From the NCBI GenBank assembly GCA_038077975.1, contig JBBUGM010000006.1, positions 4,905-68,904 of the forward strand: a stretch of DNA of 64,000 nucleotides, written 5' to 3'. Shown one piece after another: positions 49,037 through 59,300 of this stretch. The position numbers and the translations under genes are program-made. The number at the start of each line of letters is the position of its first letter. Position 1 is the stretch's first letter. This stretch comes from Patescibacteria group bacterium. Its GTDB lineage: Bacteria > Patescibacteriota > Minisyncoccia > UBA6257 > 2-01-FULL-56-20. The notes beneath the pieces were generated by a model. The model was given only the letters and a program-made list of their open reading frames with translations. It was not told the origin of the DNA and searched no databases.

Positions 49037-49073
49037 ATGGAAGTCCGACTTCCATTAGGAAGTCGGACTTCAT
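49037..49073. promoter_or_regulatory. tandem palindromic operator-like sites in the divergent HNH/pcm promoter region
   Basis: atGGAAGTCcGACTTCCat followed by aGGAAGTCgGACTTCat. Confidence 0.4.
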
Positions 49074-49085
49074 AAAATTAGAGCA

Positions 49086-49790
49086 ATGGCTCGTACCAAC
49101 AAAGAACTTGCTGAAGAGCTCATCCGCGACGGATATTTGAAGTCGCCGCTTTTGATCAGGGCCTTTCGCGCGATCAACCGCAAAGATTTCGTTCCGAAAG
49201 AATTTTGGGACGAGGCATACGGAAATTATCCGCTCGATATCGGCGAGAGGCAGACGATCTCGCAGCCGTTAACGGTCGCTTTTATGCTCGAGCTTCTTTC
49301 GTCGCAGCCAGGAGAAAACATTTTGGATATTGGCACGGGTTCTGGATGGGTGGCCGCTATTTTGGCCTACGTGGTTAGCCAAAACAGCGGAGATCAAAAT
49401 GTCGGAAGAGTTATCTCAATCGAGCGCATCAAAAAACTTTCAGAAAGTGCAGAGAAAAATTTGAGAAAATATGGATTTATAAAAAAAGGAATTTTAAAAT
49501 TTATCGTCGGTGATGGCTCGCGTGGGTATGAAGCGGAAGCTCCATATGACAAAATTATTGTCGGAGCTGCCGTTCAGGTGGCGGAGATCCGCCGAAGCCC
49601 AGAAGGGCGAAGGAGGACCGCCGCGGCAGGGGAGCGAATTCCCATAGCATGGAAGAAGCAACTTAAGGTGGGAGGCAGAATAGTCGCGCCTGTCGGAAAT
49701 TCCGTGGTCGTCGTCGACAAAATTTCGGAAAAGAAGTTTCGCTCTCGCGAATATTTTGGGTTCAGTTTTGTTCCGCTTGTGAAAGGATAA
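49086..49790 (+). CDS. pcm: protein-L-isoaspartate O-methyltransferase
   Basis: ERQTISQPLTVAFMLELL and LDIGTGSGW SAM-binding motifs. Confidence 0.8.
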   Translation: MARTNKELAEELIRDGYLKSPLLIRAFRAINRKDFVPKEFWDEAYGNYPLDIGERQTISQPLTVAFMLELLSSQPGENILDIGTGSGWVAAILAYVVSQNSGDQNVGRVISIERIKKLSESAEKNLRKYGFIKKGILKFIVGDGSRGYEAEAPYDKIIVGAAVQVAEIRRSPEGRRRTAAAGERIPIAWKKQLKVGGRIVAPVGNSVVVVDKISEKKFRSREYFGFSFVPLVKG

Positions 49791-49815
49791 TCGGACAGCG
49801 GTAGCTAAAAATATT

Positions 49816-49916
49816 TGTCATTCTCGGACTTGATCCGAGAATCCAGACAATGCCCTTCGGGACACACGTCTTCGACTGCGGCCATGGACTAGATTCCCGC
49901 TTTCGCGGGAATGACA
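49816..49916. repeat. two-hairpin MITE/REP-like element, copy 3 (longest)
   Basis: tGTCATTctcgga-cttgatc-cgagaATCC, 42-nt spacer, GATTcccgc-tttc-gcgggAATGACa; terminal inverted repeats GTCATT / AATGAC. Confidence 0.55.
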
Positions 49917-50106
49917 AAAACGCATTATTCGCCAAGCTCACTTTTGGACACTTGCGCCTATGGCGCGATATTGGCGATATCAATCAATATCCATAAGTAT
50001 CAATAAATATCAGCAAGTACCGGTAGCTTCCGAACACTCTTGCATTATGGGGGGCACAGGCATACCCTAATCGTAGATATTCGACTCTTTAAGGAAGGGT
50101 GATTCG

Positions 50107-52824
50107 ATGAAACGAAACTCTGTTTTTGTGCTGTGTTTCATGCTTTTGGCCGTTTCTTTGGCCTTGGCCCAGGATACGCCCGGGCAAGGACCGCAGGGAC
50201 CGCAAGGACCCCAGCAAGGACCGCCGGGTGATTTGCCCAATAACCAAACCCCCGAGGTTCGTAAACAGACCGAAGCCGAAAAAATCCAAGAACTTCAAAA
50301 GAGAATCGCAAATAAAGAAAAAGAAGTTGGTGAAAAAGAACAAAAACATCAGGCCTTGATTAAGGAGTCGGTCGACAAATTCGGATTTACCGCCGAAGAA
50401 CTCGCCGTGCTCGAAGAACTTGTTGCGGAGAAAGAAAAAAACCGCAGGAAGGAACTCGAAAACCGAGTGCCCGAGGACAAGCGCAAACAAGCTTCGAAGA
50501 TCATAAAGTCCCTCAAGGATCTCACGAAAAAGAGAAGCGAACTTGCCCGCCTAAGAGAAGACCTTTCCGCGCTTCAAGCCCGTCAAGATTCGCCGGAGTC
50601 CGTGAAGAGTGGATCGCCGGAAACCAAGGGCGGTTCTTTCGACAAGAAAGCGGAAAAGAAGATCGCGGAAAAGATCAAAGATTTAGAAACGGAATTGGCC
50701 AGGACAAAGTCGGATTTCGAGCGCAAGAAGATCGAACGCGAACGTGAAATTCAAGAAGAGCAATCGGAAGAGAAACGCGCCGAACTTGAGGAAAAATTCG
50801 CGAACTTTATCGAAGACAATCGCGAAAAAGTCCAAAAACTCGAAACCAGGATCGAGGTACTGCAAGGGATGCCTGTTGAGGCCCTACGCAGGGAAGATGA
50901 TGAGTTCAAGAAAGTTGCGCCTTATTGCGGTTTGCGCGATCCCAGAGATTTTTGGGGAGACCCGCAAGATACGATCGAAGACCTGGACTTGCCCGACAAG
51001 TGTACTTACGTCGACAGAGTAAGCGTCACCGTGCCTGTCGGCCAGATCAGCGCGGCGACCGCTGCCGTTTGTACTGCGAGAGGGATGTTGTGGAGCAATC
51101 AGCTCACGATCAACAACCTTTCAGCGCTTTTTTTCCACTACTACCCCGTGAATTCTCCGCCCCTGCTCATCGGTTACACCCCGTATTTTCCACAACTCTC
51201 GATGTTGCAATTCGAGCTTTCCCCGATCTCTCGCGACCAGCTTATTGCGGAAATCTGCAAAATGGGAGGAGTTGCTTCCGCCGGAGATTTCGACTGGGTC
51301 GAGGTTCTGACCGCGTCTCCGAGCGAAGCTCATTCTCCCGAACAAATGCTTGCTCAGATCTTTATGGATCCGCAACGGCGTAGCGGCGGGCAGATGTCCG
51401 GTTTTCCCGCGCCCAAGAGCGAAATGCCCGACTTCGGCCTCTGCAACATCGTTTTCGATCCAACCCTGAGCGATCTGCTTCTCAAAGAAGGCGAAGCATT
51501 CGAGGCGATCGTGAACAGCTTCTCCAAGGAGCTTCAGCCGCTCGAAGCCGGTTTGCAGGAATTTGAGGATTTCGAGAAGGCCATTGAACAATTGCGCAAG
51601 AATTTCGGTTCGAATTCCGGACCGGAAATCCTTGCTTTGGCCGAGAAAGCCGAATCTTCAAAGTACCTGCTACCCTATGCCTCGGAACTCCGCAATATCG
51701 CAGGCAAAGCTGGCGCAGGCGACTTGAAGGGTGCGAAGAAAGATCTCGAAAAATTGAACAACAAGAAGATCAAGAAAGACCACAAAAACCTGCTTAAGGA
51801 ATATGTCAGGTACGCGCAACATATTGCGCGCGCGGCCGATCTTCGTAATCAGTTCGAATTTACCGCGATCCAAACTCAAGGAGCAATTAGCGACCTCATC
51901 AAGATCAAACCGAAGGAAGAGCGGGACCCTCTCTACGCGCTCGAAAAAAAGCGCATGGAGTCGGCCCGCGCCTTCCAGGATCGCTACGATGATCTCAAGA
52001 AAGCTCTTGCGAGAGAACTTAACGACGCAGACCACATGGAGCCGGTTATTGTCGATTTCGGCGATAAGCGAATGGTCCTTACGTCTTTTGAAGGCGTTCG
52101 CAGGAACCAGAGAACAATGAGCGCTCGCCTGAAGATGAAGTTTTCTTCTTCCTATCTGCCGATGAAGGCGGATGGGACGATCGATCTTGACGCGAAGCCG
52201 CTCGATGACGCCATCCCCGCGGTTTTCGAGATAGACGAACTCCTTGGTCTTGGCATCAAGGGTATCGTACCGCCTCATGGCCCGATCGTATGGCTCGAAG
52301 AGCTGAAGGAACAAGGGCATAAGCAAGTTACTGCCGATCTGCCGAAAGGAAAACCTGGCCGCAATTTCGTTTCCGTCGAAGAATTGATCCGTTTTGGCGG
52401 GAATGATCAGCGCCTAATGATCGATGGACAGGAAATCGCACTTACCGACCTTGCCGGGAAGGGTGTTTACTTGTTTTTGGTGCGTTCCAACGCAGAGCCC
52501 GATCCAACGTATCACCCCGACTATATCCCGAGCAGAGAGAATCAATATCTCTCGGTCGCGAAATTTGTCGCAGAGGACTCCGCGCAAAATAAAACTGTTA
52601 AAAAGCAGTTCACCATCGTGCGTCTCATTTTCGAGAGCAAGCGAACTCTAAGCACTCTCAATAACGAAGAGAATCCGCAGACGATCGAAGTTCCGTTCCG
52701 TCTTCGTCCCGGACTCTACCGCAACCGATTCATCGTTTATGATGTCTTCCAGAAGAAGGGCGTAAAGCTGCCACCGATCGATTTTCGCGTTTTGCTGCCG
52801 GAGGAAACTCCGACGCAACCCTAA
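50107..52824 (+). CDS. large secreted protein with collagen-like GPQ repeats and long K/E-rich coiled-coil region
   Basis: Signal peptide MKRNSVFVLCFMLLAVSLALA, QGPQGPQGPQQGPPG, then about 200 aa of charged heptad-like sequence and a globular C-terminal region. Confidence 0.6.
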   Translation: MKRNSVFVLCFMLLAVSLALAQDTPGQGPQGPQGPQQGPPGDLPNNQTPEVRKQTEAEKIQELQKRIANKEKEVGEKEQKHQALIKESVDKFGFTAEELAVLEELVAEKEKNRRKELENRVPEDKRKQASKIIKSLKDLTKKRSELARLREDLSALQARQDSPESVKSGSPETKGGSFDKKAEKKIAEKIKDLETELARTKSDFERKKIEREREIQEEQSEEKRAELEEKFANFIEDNREKVQKLETRIEVLQGMPVEALRREDDEFKKVAPYCGLRDPRDFWGDPQDTIEDLDLPDKCTYVDRVSVTVPVGQISAATAAVCTARGMLWSNQLTINNLSALFFHYYPVNSPPLLIGYTPYFPQLSMLQFELSPISRDQLIAEICKMGGVASAGDFDWVEVLTASPSEAHSPEQMLAQIFMDPQRRSGGQMSGFPAPKSEMPDFGLCNIVFDPTLSDLLLKEGEAFEAIVNSFSKELQPLEAGLQEFEDFEKAIEQLRKNFGSNSGPEILALAEKAESSKYLLPYASELRNIAGKAGAGDLKGAKKDLEKLNNKKIKKDHKNLLKEYVRYAQHIARAADLRNQFEFTAIQTQGAISDLIKIKPKEERDPLYALEKKRMESARAFQDRYDDLKKALARELNDADHMEPVIVDFGDKRMVLTSFEGVRRNQRTMSARLKMKFSSSYLPMKADGTIDLDAKPLDDAIPAVFEIDELLGLGIKGIVPPHGPIVWLEELKEQGHKQVTADLPKGKPGRNFVSVEELIRFGGNDQRLMIDGQEIALTDLAGKGVYLFLVRSNAEPDPTYHPDYIPSRENQYLSVAKFVAEDSAQNKTVKKQFTIVRLIFESKRTLSTLNNEENPQTIEVPFRLRPGLYRNRFIVYDVFQKKGVKLPPIDFRVLLPEETPTQP

Positions 52825-52837
52825 AAATGAATAACCG

Positions 52838-52868
52838 CGTTGCTTGAGCAACGCGGTTTTTTTGTTTT
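52838..52868. terminator. bidirectional intrinsic terminator
   Basis: aaccgcgttgc-ttga-gcaacgcggtt followed by tttttt. Confidence 0.6.
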
Positions 52869-52874
52869 GAAAAA

Positions 52875-53936
52875 TTATCTGCCAAGCTGTCGGGTGTACC
52901 AGATATCGTAGTCGAAAGGACGGAAAATACCTTTTTCATCGGTTTCGCCGACTTGTAGGATCACTTCCTTCCCTTTATTGCCTTTTTTGAGGTAGAAGCC
53001 GACCTCATACATTTTACCGAAGAGTTCTGCGATTTTATCGAACTTTTCTCCCGCCTCGTTCGGTTTTTCCGCGGTGAGGCGCCTCCCTCCGGTCATTGCC
53101 GTGAGGAATTCGAGGTCTTCCTGAGACAGGCGTAATTGTGGCTTGTCGCTGAAACGTCCGGCAAAATCAACGATGTAAATGCTGGTGTTTGATAGAGCGA
53201 AAGCAGTGACGAGGTCATCAACCCCGACCGTTCTGCAGGAAGCAGATGCCGCAGTGCAGGGTGTCCCGCTCGCGCTGTCAATGAGTTTGCGTTTCAGTTC
53301 GCGCGACTGGTCGAAGGTGTCAGTTACGACAATTACCATGTTGCGCCGGTTTTCGTTATCGCGGCCAAGCATTTCCTCTGAGGCATAGTAGAGCGTGTCG
53401 AGCAAGCTCGTATTGTTGTCGACGGCCTCGATCGAGGCAATGCCCGTTCTTACCGTTTCGATATCCTTCGTCCAGGGAACAACAACAGAACGTTTGTCGT
53501 TCATTGTCCAGACGGAGAATTCATCGTCCGTTCGGCTGATAGTACGAATGAAACGGCGTTGGGCCGGTTTCGAAAAACGGTTGAGATGCGCTCTCGCCGA
53601 TGCCGAATTGTCATCAATAAATAGCAAGTTGACCGGAGGCCGGTTGAATTCATTGGAGAAAGCGATCTCTTCAGGGTTGGCGCAGGGAGTTTTCGGTTGT
53701 TCTTCGAGTTTCATTTTCTTGCTGCGCTTGGTGGTTGTTTCTGTTGGGCAAGCCCGCCAGTTTTCTTGCTTGATGCCCGAGATGGCCATGCCTTTGCGTT
53801 CGACCGTGACCATGCGTACCACGAGTTCGACGTCTACGCGGATCGTTGTGCCTTCTTGAGAATGGTTTTGCGCCGTGGCCAATGCCGGCTGAAACAGCAG
53901 ACAGAGCATTACTCCGAAGTGCAGGATCTTTTTCAT
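52875..53936 (-). CDS. secreted von Willebrand factor A (VWA)-domain protein
   Basis: Signal peptide, MIDAS-like DDNSAS (DxSxS) and downstream VVTDTFD; GGAAGGTGG RBS. Confidence 0.55.
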   Translation of the reverse strand: MKKILHFGVMLCLLFQPALATAQNHSQEGTTIRVDVELVVRMVTVERKGMAISGIKQENWRACPTETTTKRSKKMKLEEQPKTPCANPEEIAFSNEFNRPPVNLLFIDDNSASARAHLNRFSKPAQRRFIRTISRTDDEFSVWTMNDKRSVVVPWTKDIETVRTGIASIEAVDNNTSLLDTLYYASEEMLGRDNENRRNMVIVVTDTFDQSRELKRKLIDSASGTPCTAASASCRTVGVDDLVTAFALSNTSIYIVDFAGRFSDKPQLRLSQEDLEFLTAMTGGRRLTAEKPNEAGEKFDKIAELFGKMYEVGFYLKKGNKGKEVILQVGETDEKGIFRPFDYDIWYTRQLGR

Positions 53937-54009
53937 TGAAACCACCTTCCATATTCAAAATTTGCTGGTTTTATAATACACTAAGCGTAAAGAAAGTACA
54001 AGGAGGATC

Positions 54010-54136
54010 GCCGCAAACTTTTTGAGAACCGGCGTCGCTTCGCTTCCGGCGAGCGAAGCGCATCTGCATCTCGCCCCGGCGGCTCTTCGAGACCAAGCCC
54101 GCCGGGCCTCCGATAGCTTCTCAAAAAGTTTGCGGC
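54010..54136. repeat. 127-bp structured region bounded by a perfect 19-bp inverted repeat
   Basis: gccgcaaactttttgagaa ... ttctcaaaaagtttgcggc enclosing two GC-rich hairpins. Confidence 0.45.
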
Positions 54137-54163
54137 TCGCTTTATGATTGGCGAGGCAGTAAC

Positions 54164-54197
54164 GCGGGATTAGTACAGTGGCAGTACGGTTGCTTCC
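54164..54197 (+). pseudogene. tRNA-Gly 5'-half pseudo-copy
   Basis: 29 of 34 nt identical to the 5' half of the tRNA at 54259; no T-arm or acceptor 3' strand follows. Confidence 0.4.
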
Positions 54198-54258
54198 TCC
54201 CGTTTCTGTTTGAGCGAAGCGAATTACAGAAACGCAACCCCGTTCAATTTTGCGCGAT

Positions 54259-54332
54259 GCGAGGTTAGTACAGTGGTAGTACGCCTGCTTCCCAAGCAGG
54301 AGACGCGAGTTCGATTCTCGTACCTCGCTCCA
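54259..54332 (+). tRNA. tRNA-Gly (anticodon CCC), CCA encoded
   Basis: Hand-folded cloverleaf: acceptor gcgaggt/acctcgc, D-arm gtac-agtggta-gtac, anticodon arm cctgc-ttCCCaa-gcagg, T-arm gcgag-ttcgatt-ctcgt, then tCCA. Confidence 0.85.
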
Positions 54333-54502
54333 AGCTAAGCAAAATTGCTACGGGGCCAATGTTGAAGTGACGCCAGTTCCCTGCCCGCCGAAGCCACTTC
54401 GGCGCAGGCGGGGATTCTGGTATCCCGCTCAAAAACTTGACGTTTATACAAAGCACCGAATATACTCAAGGTAGAAAATGTATATCAACACGGGGGCGTA
54501 GC

Positions 54503-54673
54503 GTGAAAACACGTTTCAAGGTGGGAGATTGGATTCGTGCTGTAGCTGGTCCAGAAAAAGGAAAAGCAACTACTATTACGAATGTTGTCACGAGTGGCGA
54601 AGAACCGGTTTACGTGGGTTATTACTGTGGACTTCCAATTTGGGTGCGCGAGAGTGAGGCAGAACCGTACTAA
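54503..54673 (+). CDS. small hypothetical protein (56 aa, GTG start)
   Basis: GGGGG RBS then GTG; followed by a terminator. Confidence 0.3.
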   Translation: MKTRFKVGDWIRAVAGPEKGKATTITNVVTSGEEPVYVGYYCGLPIWVRESEAEPY

Positions 54674-54681
54674 CCAGAAAC

Positions 54682-54711
54682 AGGCAGTGTAGCAAGCGCG
54701 CACTGCCTTTT
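54682..54711 (+). terminator. intrinsic terminator
   Basis: ggcagtgtagcaagcgcgcactgcc followed by ttttctttt. Confidence 0.55.
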
Positions 54712-54835
54712 CTTTTATGTAAAATCAGACACGAAAAATCGTTTTCCATCCCAATCCAATAGGTTCTAACGTCGTTCGCTAAACCGCTCAAATAAAAAAC
54801 TGCTCGTAAAAGCAGTTTTCACTTTTATAAAGCCC

Positions 54836-55603
54836 CTATTTTTTTCTTTTGATCGCCGCAACTGCGAAAATTGCCGCGGCTACGACTACTACCGTTGGCC
54901 CGAGTTCGAGTTCGTATGCCGAAGAGAGCGCGAATCCGGCGACAACCGAGAGCGCCGCGAATATTGCCGAGTATGCGAGGAATTGCCCCAAGCTGTGCGT
55001 GACCTGCCTTGCGGCGGCCGCAGGGATGATGATGAGCGAGCCGGCAAGGAGAGCTCCCAAGAATTGCAGGCCGGAGAGTATCGTGAGCGCGAAGAGTAGC
55101 AAGAACCAAAGGTTTACCGAACTCGTTTTTATATTCATAGCTGCGGCTAGGTCTTCGGAGAAAAGCGCGATGATAAGTTTGTTTCGCAGTATCCAAAGCA
55201 TGACGATGACGAAGATACTTACAGCCATTCCGAAAATAAATTCATTTAAGGAAAGTTTTACGAAGCCGCCGAAAAGCGCGTCTATCAAATCTTCTTCGGA
55301 ATTGATCAATAGCGCTCCCAAGGCCACAGAAGAGGCGAAGATGACCCCGATCGCCGCATCGGATGAGAGCGTGGTCTTTTTTTCAAGCTGCCAAATAACG
55401 ATCGCGCCAAGGATCAATGTTGTCCCGCCCCCCAAGATCGGATTCAAACTCCAGAGCAAGGCCAATCCCAGTCCGGGTATCGCAAGGTGAGACATCACGT
55501 CGCCCGCGAGCACGGTTTTTTTCATCAAGGCGAAGGCGCCGACAAGTCCGGCGGCGCTTGCCGCGAACACAGAGAGGACGACAGAAAAATATTCGTTAAT
55601 CAT
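54836..55603 (-). CDS. znuB: ABC-3 family metal (Zn/Mn) transporter permease
   Basis: 8-TM ABC-3 permease pattern; overlaps the ATPase gene start. Confidence 0.75.
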   Translation of the reverse strand: MINEYFSVVLSVFAASAAGLVGAFALMKKTVLAGDVMSHLAIPGLGLALLWSLNPILGGGTTLILGAIVIWQLEKKTTLSSDAAIGVIFASSVALGALLINSEEDLIDALFGGFVKLSLNEFIFGMAVSIFVIVMLWILRNKLIIALFSEDLAAAMNIKTSSVNLWFLLLFALTILSGLQFLGALLAGSLIIIPAAAARQVTHSLGQFLAYSAIFAALSVVAGFALSSAYELELGPTVVVVAAAIFAVAAIKRKK

Positions 55604-56300
55604 TTTTATGGTAATAGTGATGATAGTATTTATGCGGCCCGTAAATTTTTTCCAAAGCTTCCGGTGTTAATGTTTCTTGGGGTTCGCCGAAGCAAATTTC
55701 CGATTTATTGAGGCACAGAACTTTCGTCGCATAGCGGTAGACGAAATGAAGGTCGTGAGAAACAACGACAGGTGTAATATTGTGTTCGTCCTGCAAGCGA
55801 TGGATGAGGTCATAGATCTTTTCTTCGCCGGGGATATCGATGCTCGCGGTCGGCTCGTCTAAGAGAAGTACGTTAGGTTCGCCCAATAAGGCAAATGCGA
55901 TAAGCGCGCGCTGGAATTCTCCGCCGGAGAGATGTCCGATGGGCGTGCGGAGCCGTTCTCTGTCGAGTCCAACATCTTTTACGACTTTCTCGATAACACC
56001 ATTTTTTATTTTTAAGACCCTGCTTTTCGCTTCAAGTAAATTGCGCAGATTAAGCGGTAAGTGTCTGTCGGCCTCGATTTTCTGCGGAACGTAACCAATT
56101 TTTATATTTTTCTGCCAGCGTACTGTGCCGGAGTAAGGCGTGACGTGAAGAAGCGCGCGCAAAAGCACTGTCTTCCCAGAGCCGTTGGGGCCGATGATCG
56201 CGAGCGATTCGCCGGCATCGAGTTTGAAACTCAAGTTATTGAGAGCGATAAAGTCGCCAAAGGCAACTTTTAAGTTTTCTACAGCCAAAATTTCAGACAT
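55596..56300 (-). CDS. znuC: ABC transporter ATP-binding protein (Zn/Mn type)
   Basis: Walker A GPNGSGKT, signature LSGGEFQR, Walker B LLLDEP. Confidence 0.8.
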   Translation of the reverse strand: MSEILAVENLKVAFGDFIALNNLSFKLDAGESLAIIGPNGSGKTVLLRALLHVTPYSGTVRWQKNIKIGYVPQKIEADRHLPLNLRNLLEAKSRVLKIKNGVIEKVVKDVGLDRERLRTPIGHLSGGEFQRALIAFALLGEPNVLLLDEPTASIDIPGEEKIYDLIHRLQDEHNITPVVVSHDLHFVYRYATKVLCLNKSEICFGEPQETLTPEALEKIYGPHKYYHHYYHKND

Positions 56301-56327
56301 TATGTTAATATTAACCTATCTAAGTAA

Positions 56328-59300
56328 ATGCGCAGAATTCTAGTTTTGTCGGTCATGTTTTTGGCGCTTGGTTTATCTTTTCTGCCTCGCGGCGCGGATG
56401 CGTTTTCCTTTTCTAATCTCCGCGCGGAAAATATTTATGGGCCTGGCGCGCAGATAAAGTGGACGACAGATGAGTCGGGAGATTCGAAAGTGTATTACGG
56501 GACATCGCCCGGCAACTACCCTAATCACGCAGCGGGGGATTGCCTTTCACCAAGCTCTCCGGTTTTTGAACACTGCGTTAATTTAACAAACCTCGCAGCG
56601 AGTACAAAATATTATTATGTTGTTAAAACCACTGTTGCCTCCGGCAGTTATCCAGAGTACACCTCCGAAGAGAAAAATTTTGATTCAGCAACATCCTCTT
56701 CGACTTCAACCAGTACCTCAACAGGTACATCTCCACCTGCGGCGCCTTCTGGGTTTATAGCGGCTCTTTCCGGAAATGACGTAAAGCTCGACTGGCAAGA
56801 CAATTCGAGCGACGAATCGGATTTCAAGATATTCCGAAGGCCGCAGGGTGGCATTTGGGCTTTTATTATATCTCTTAGCCAAAACGTAACTTCTTTTACG
56901 GAGTTTGGTTTTGCGGTTAATTTCTCGCCGGGAACTTATGAGTATCATGTTAACGCCTGCAATCCGGCCGGTTGCTCTCCCGACTCGAATATCGTCTCCG
57001 TTAGCATTGGGGGCGCACCTCCATCAACAACCACGACAGAGGCGACTTCGTCTCAACCCACTGCGCAGACGACCGTCGTCTCCGGCATCGCTCTCGACCC
57101 AATCGGTAAAGCGGTTGCGGGCGCGGGTGTCAGAATTTTTAAAGAGGACTTCAGCAGAAATTATGGGATCTTAAGCGGGGCGGATGGTTCTTGGAAAATC
57201 AGCGGCGTCGAAGCCGGCAATTATTGGCTTGAAGCCATGCCTCCGCCGGAGAGAACAGAACTTTCGCGCGCGGAACCATTTAGATTTAGCATTTCAGACA
57301 ACGAAACAAAGGTGTTCACCTTAAAATTCGTCGGCACAAGCAAGAATGTTTCGGGAGCCGCCTCTTTCTCCGACGGCACTCCCATCTCGGATGCCGAAGT
57401 CGGCGCCTATTCAAGTGAAACGAAGCAATGGAAGAGCGTTTTTGTTGACTCCGGTGGCAGATATAACTTGGCTTTGAGTGGCGGCATTTGGCAGTTGGGC
57501 ACCCGGCCGCGCGATCCCGCGAGCGCAAAGTGGTCGTGGAACGGGCCTTTTTCTGAAGTGGTTTTTGCGGATGACATAACTCCAGAGAGCCGCACGGTCA
57601 ACTTCGTCATACCGATTTCCGACTCCAAGGTCATCATCAGTGTGCGCGACGAGGCGGGTAAACCATTGGAAGGCGCGGGGATAATGCTCGATACTTTGAG
57701 CGCAGGCGATCAATCGTCCCTGCGTCCACCGCCGGATTACAAAAAAAGCGATGCCCAGGGCCTCGCGACTTTCCTTGCTAGAGCCGGGACATATTACCTC
57801 CGCGCATTCCTTCCTTCCGAATTAGGATACCTGAATCCGGAAGAGCAAAAGATATCTATTCTGTCTGGCGAAACAAAAGACATCGCATTCGTTTTCCGCC
57901 GGCCGACGCTTTTTGAAACAGTCAAGGTTTTCGGCACGACAAAAATTTCCGGCGTCGGACCTGTCGACGCATTCGTTTGGGCATGGTCGGAGAAAGGTGG
58001 AAACGTTAACTTGCGGGCAAGCGCCGGGGGAGAATTCATCGCCGTGCTTCAGCGGGGCGACAAATGGAGGATAGGAGCAGGCAAGGAAGAGAACGGCATT
58101 CCGTATAAATCCGGAGAGATAATTTTAGACACTTCCCAGCCGGTGGGTTTGGTTGAGCTCATACTCGAAAGGTACGGTTTGGAGGCATTGCCGCCGCCGG
58201 TTTCTACAAGTCAGTCGGCAACCAAAGAGATATTTGTGCAAACCGCCGATGGCGCCGAGGTGAGAATTCCGCCGTCCGCCGCGGGGACGAGCGGCACGGT
58301 CAGTGTTGAGATCACGCCAACGATCGAGGCGCCGTCCCAGCCGGCAGCGAAGGTTGTAAGCACCGTCTACGAAGTAACCATAAAAGACAGCGCCGGCACG
58401 AACATAGAAACATTGCAGGATGAAACGGAAATAGTTATTCCCTACGATCCGGAAGTATTGAAAGATCAGGGCATTACGGAAGACGCGGTTGTCCCTAGTT
58501 TCTTCGACGAGTCGACTGGTGTATGGGTGAAAGTAGAGAGTTATACAGTTGATAAAATTCGCAAAGTTTTCATTTTGCGCGTCACGCACCTGACGATATT
58601 TGCCCTTGTTGCCGCGGCGGACACAACGCCGCCTAACCCCCCGACGAACGTGACTGCATCGTATGGCACGGATGGATCAATCGTTATTTCGTGGATAAAC
58701 CCCACTGCCGATTTCAGCCATGTGAGAGTTTATCGCTCAACGGAAAGAGGATTCTTGGGCGACGTAATCGCGACGAACCTCAAAAAGAATACGCTTACAG
58801 ACATAAATGTTACAAAGGGGGTTGTTTATTACTATGTCGTGCGCGCGGTTGATCCGGCTGGTAACGAGACATCGAACAAGAACCAGGTCGTGATCGAGGC
58901 GACGCAAACTTTATCCGTGCCGCAAGGAGCAATCGCAAAGCTCGAAATATTGCGCAACCTTTCCGCGGGCTCGTCGGGCGAGGACGTTAAAGCGCTTCAG
59001 AGTTTGCTTCTCGCCGAAGGCGTCTATCCCCAAGGCCTAATCACCGGATTTTTCGGGGAACTTACTCGCCAGGCAGTTATCAGATTTCAGGAGAAATACG
59101 CGGACGAGGTTTTAGCTCCTGCGGGGCTCACTTCCGGCAATGGTTTTGTCGGGCCGCTCACGCGTAAAAAAGTGAATGCGCTTACCCTTGGTGCGGCCGC
59201 GCCGGCCGCGGAAGCCCCTCCCGCAGAGACGCCTCCACAAGCTCCTCTGGGACAGGCAACCAAAGCAGAAATTTTGCGCGACCTTACGGTCGGTTCGACG

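Noticed and set aside
54265-54456. 63-aa minus-strand ORF overlapping tRNA-Gly
   Set aside because: Classic spurious ORF across a tRNA (…GTRIELASPAWEAG…); the tRNA fold is unambiguous.
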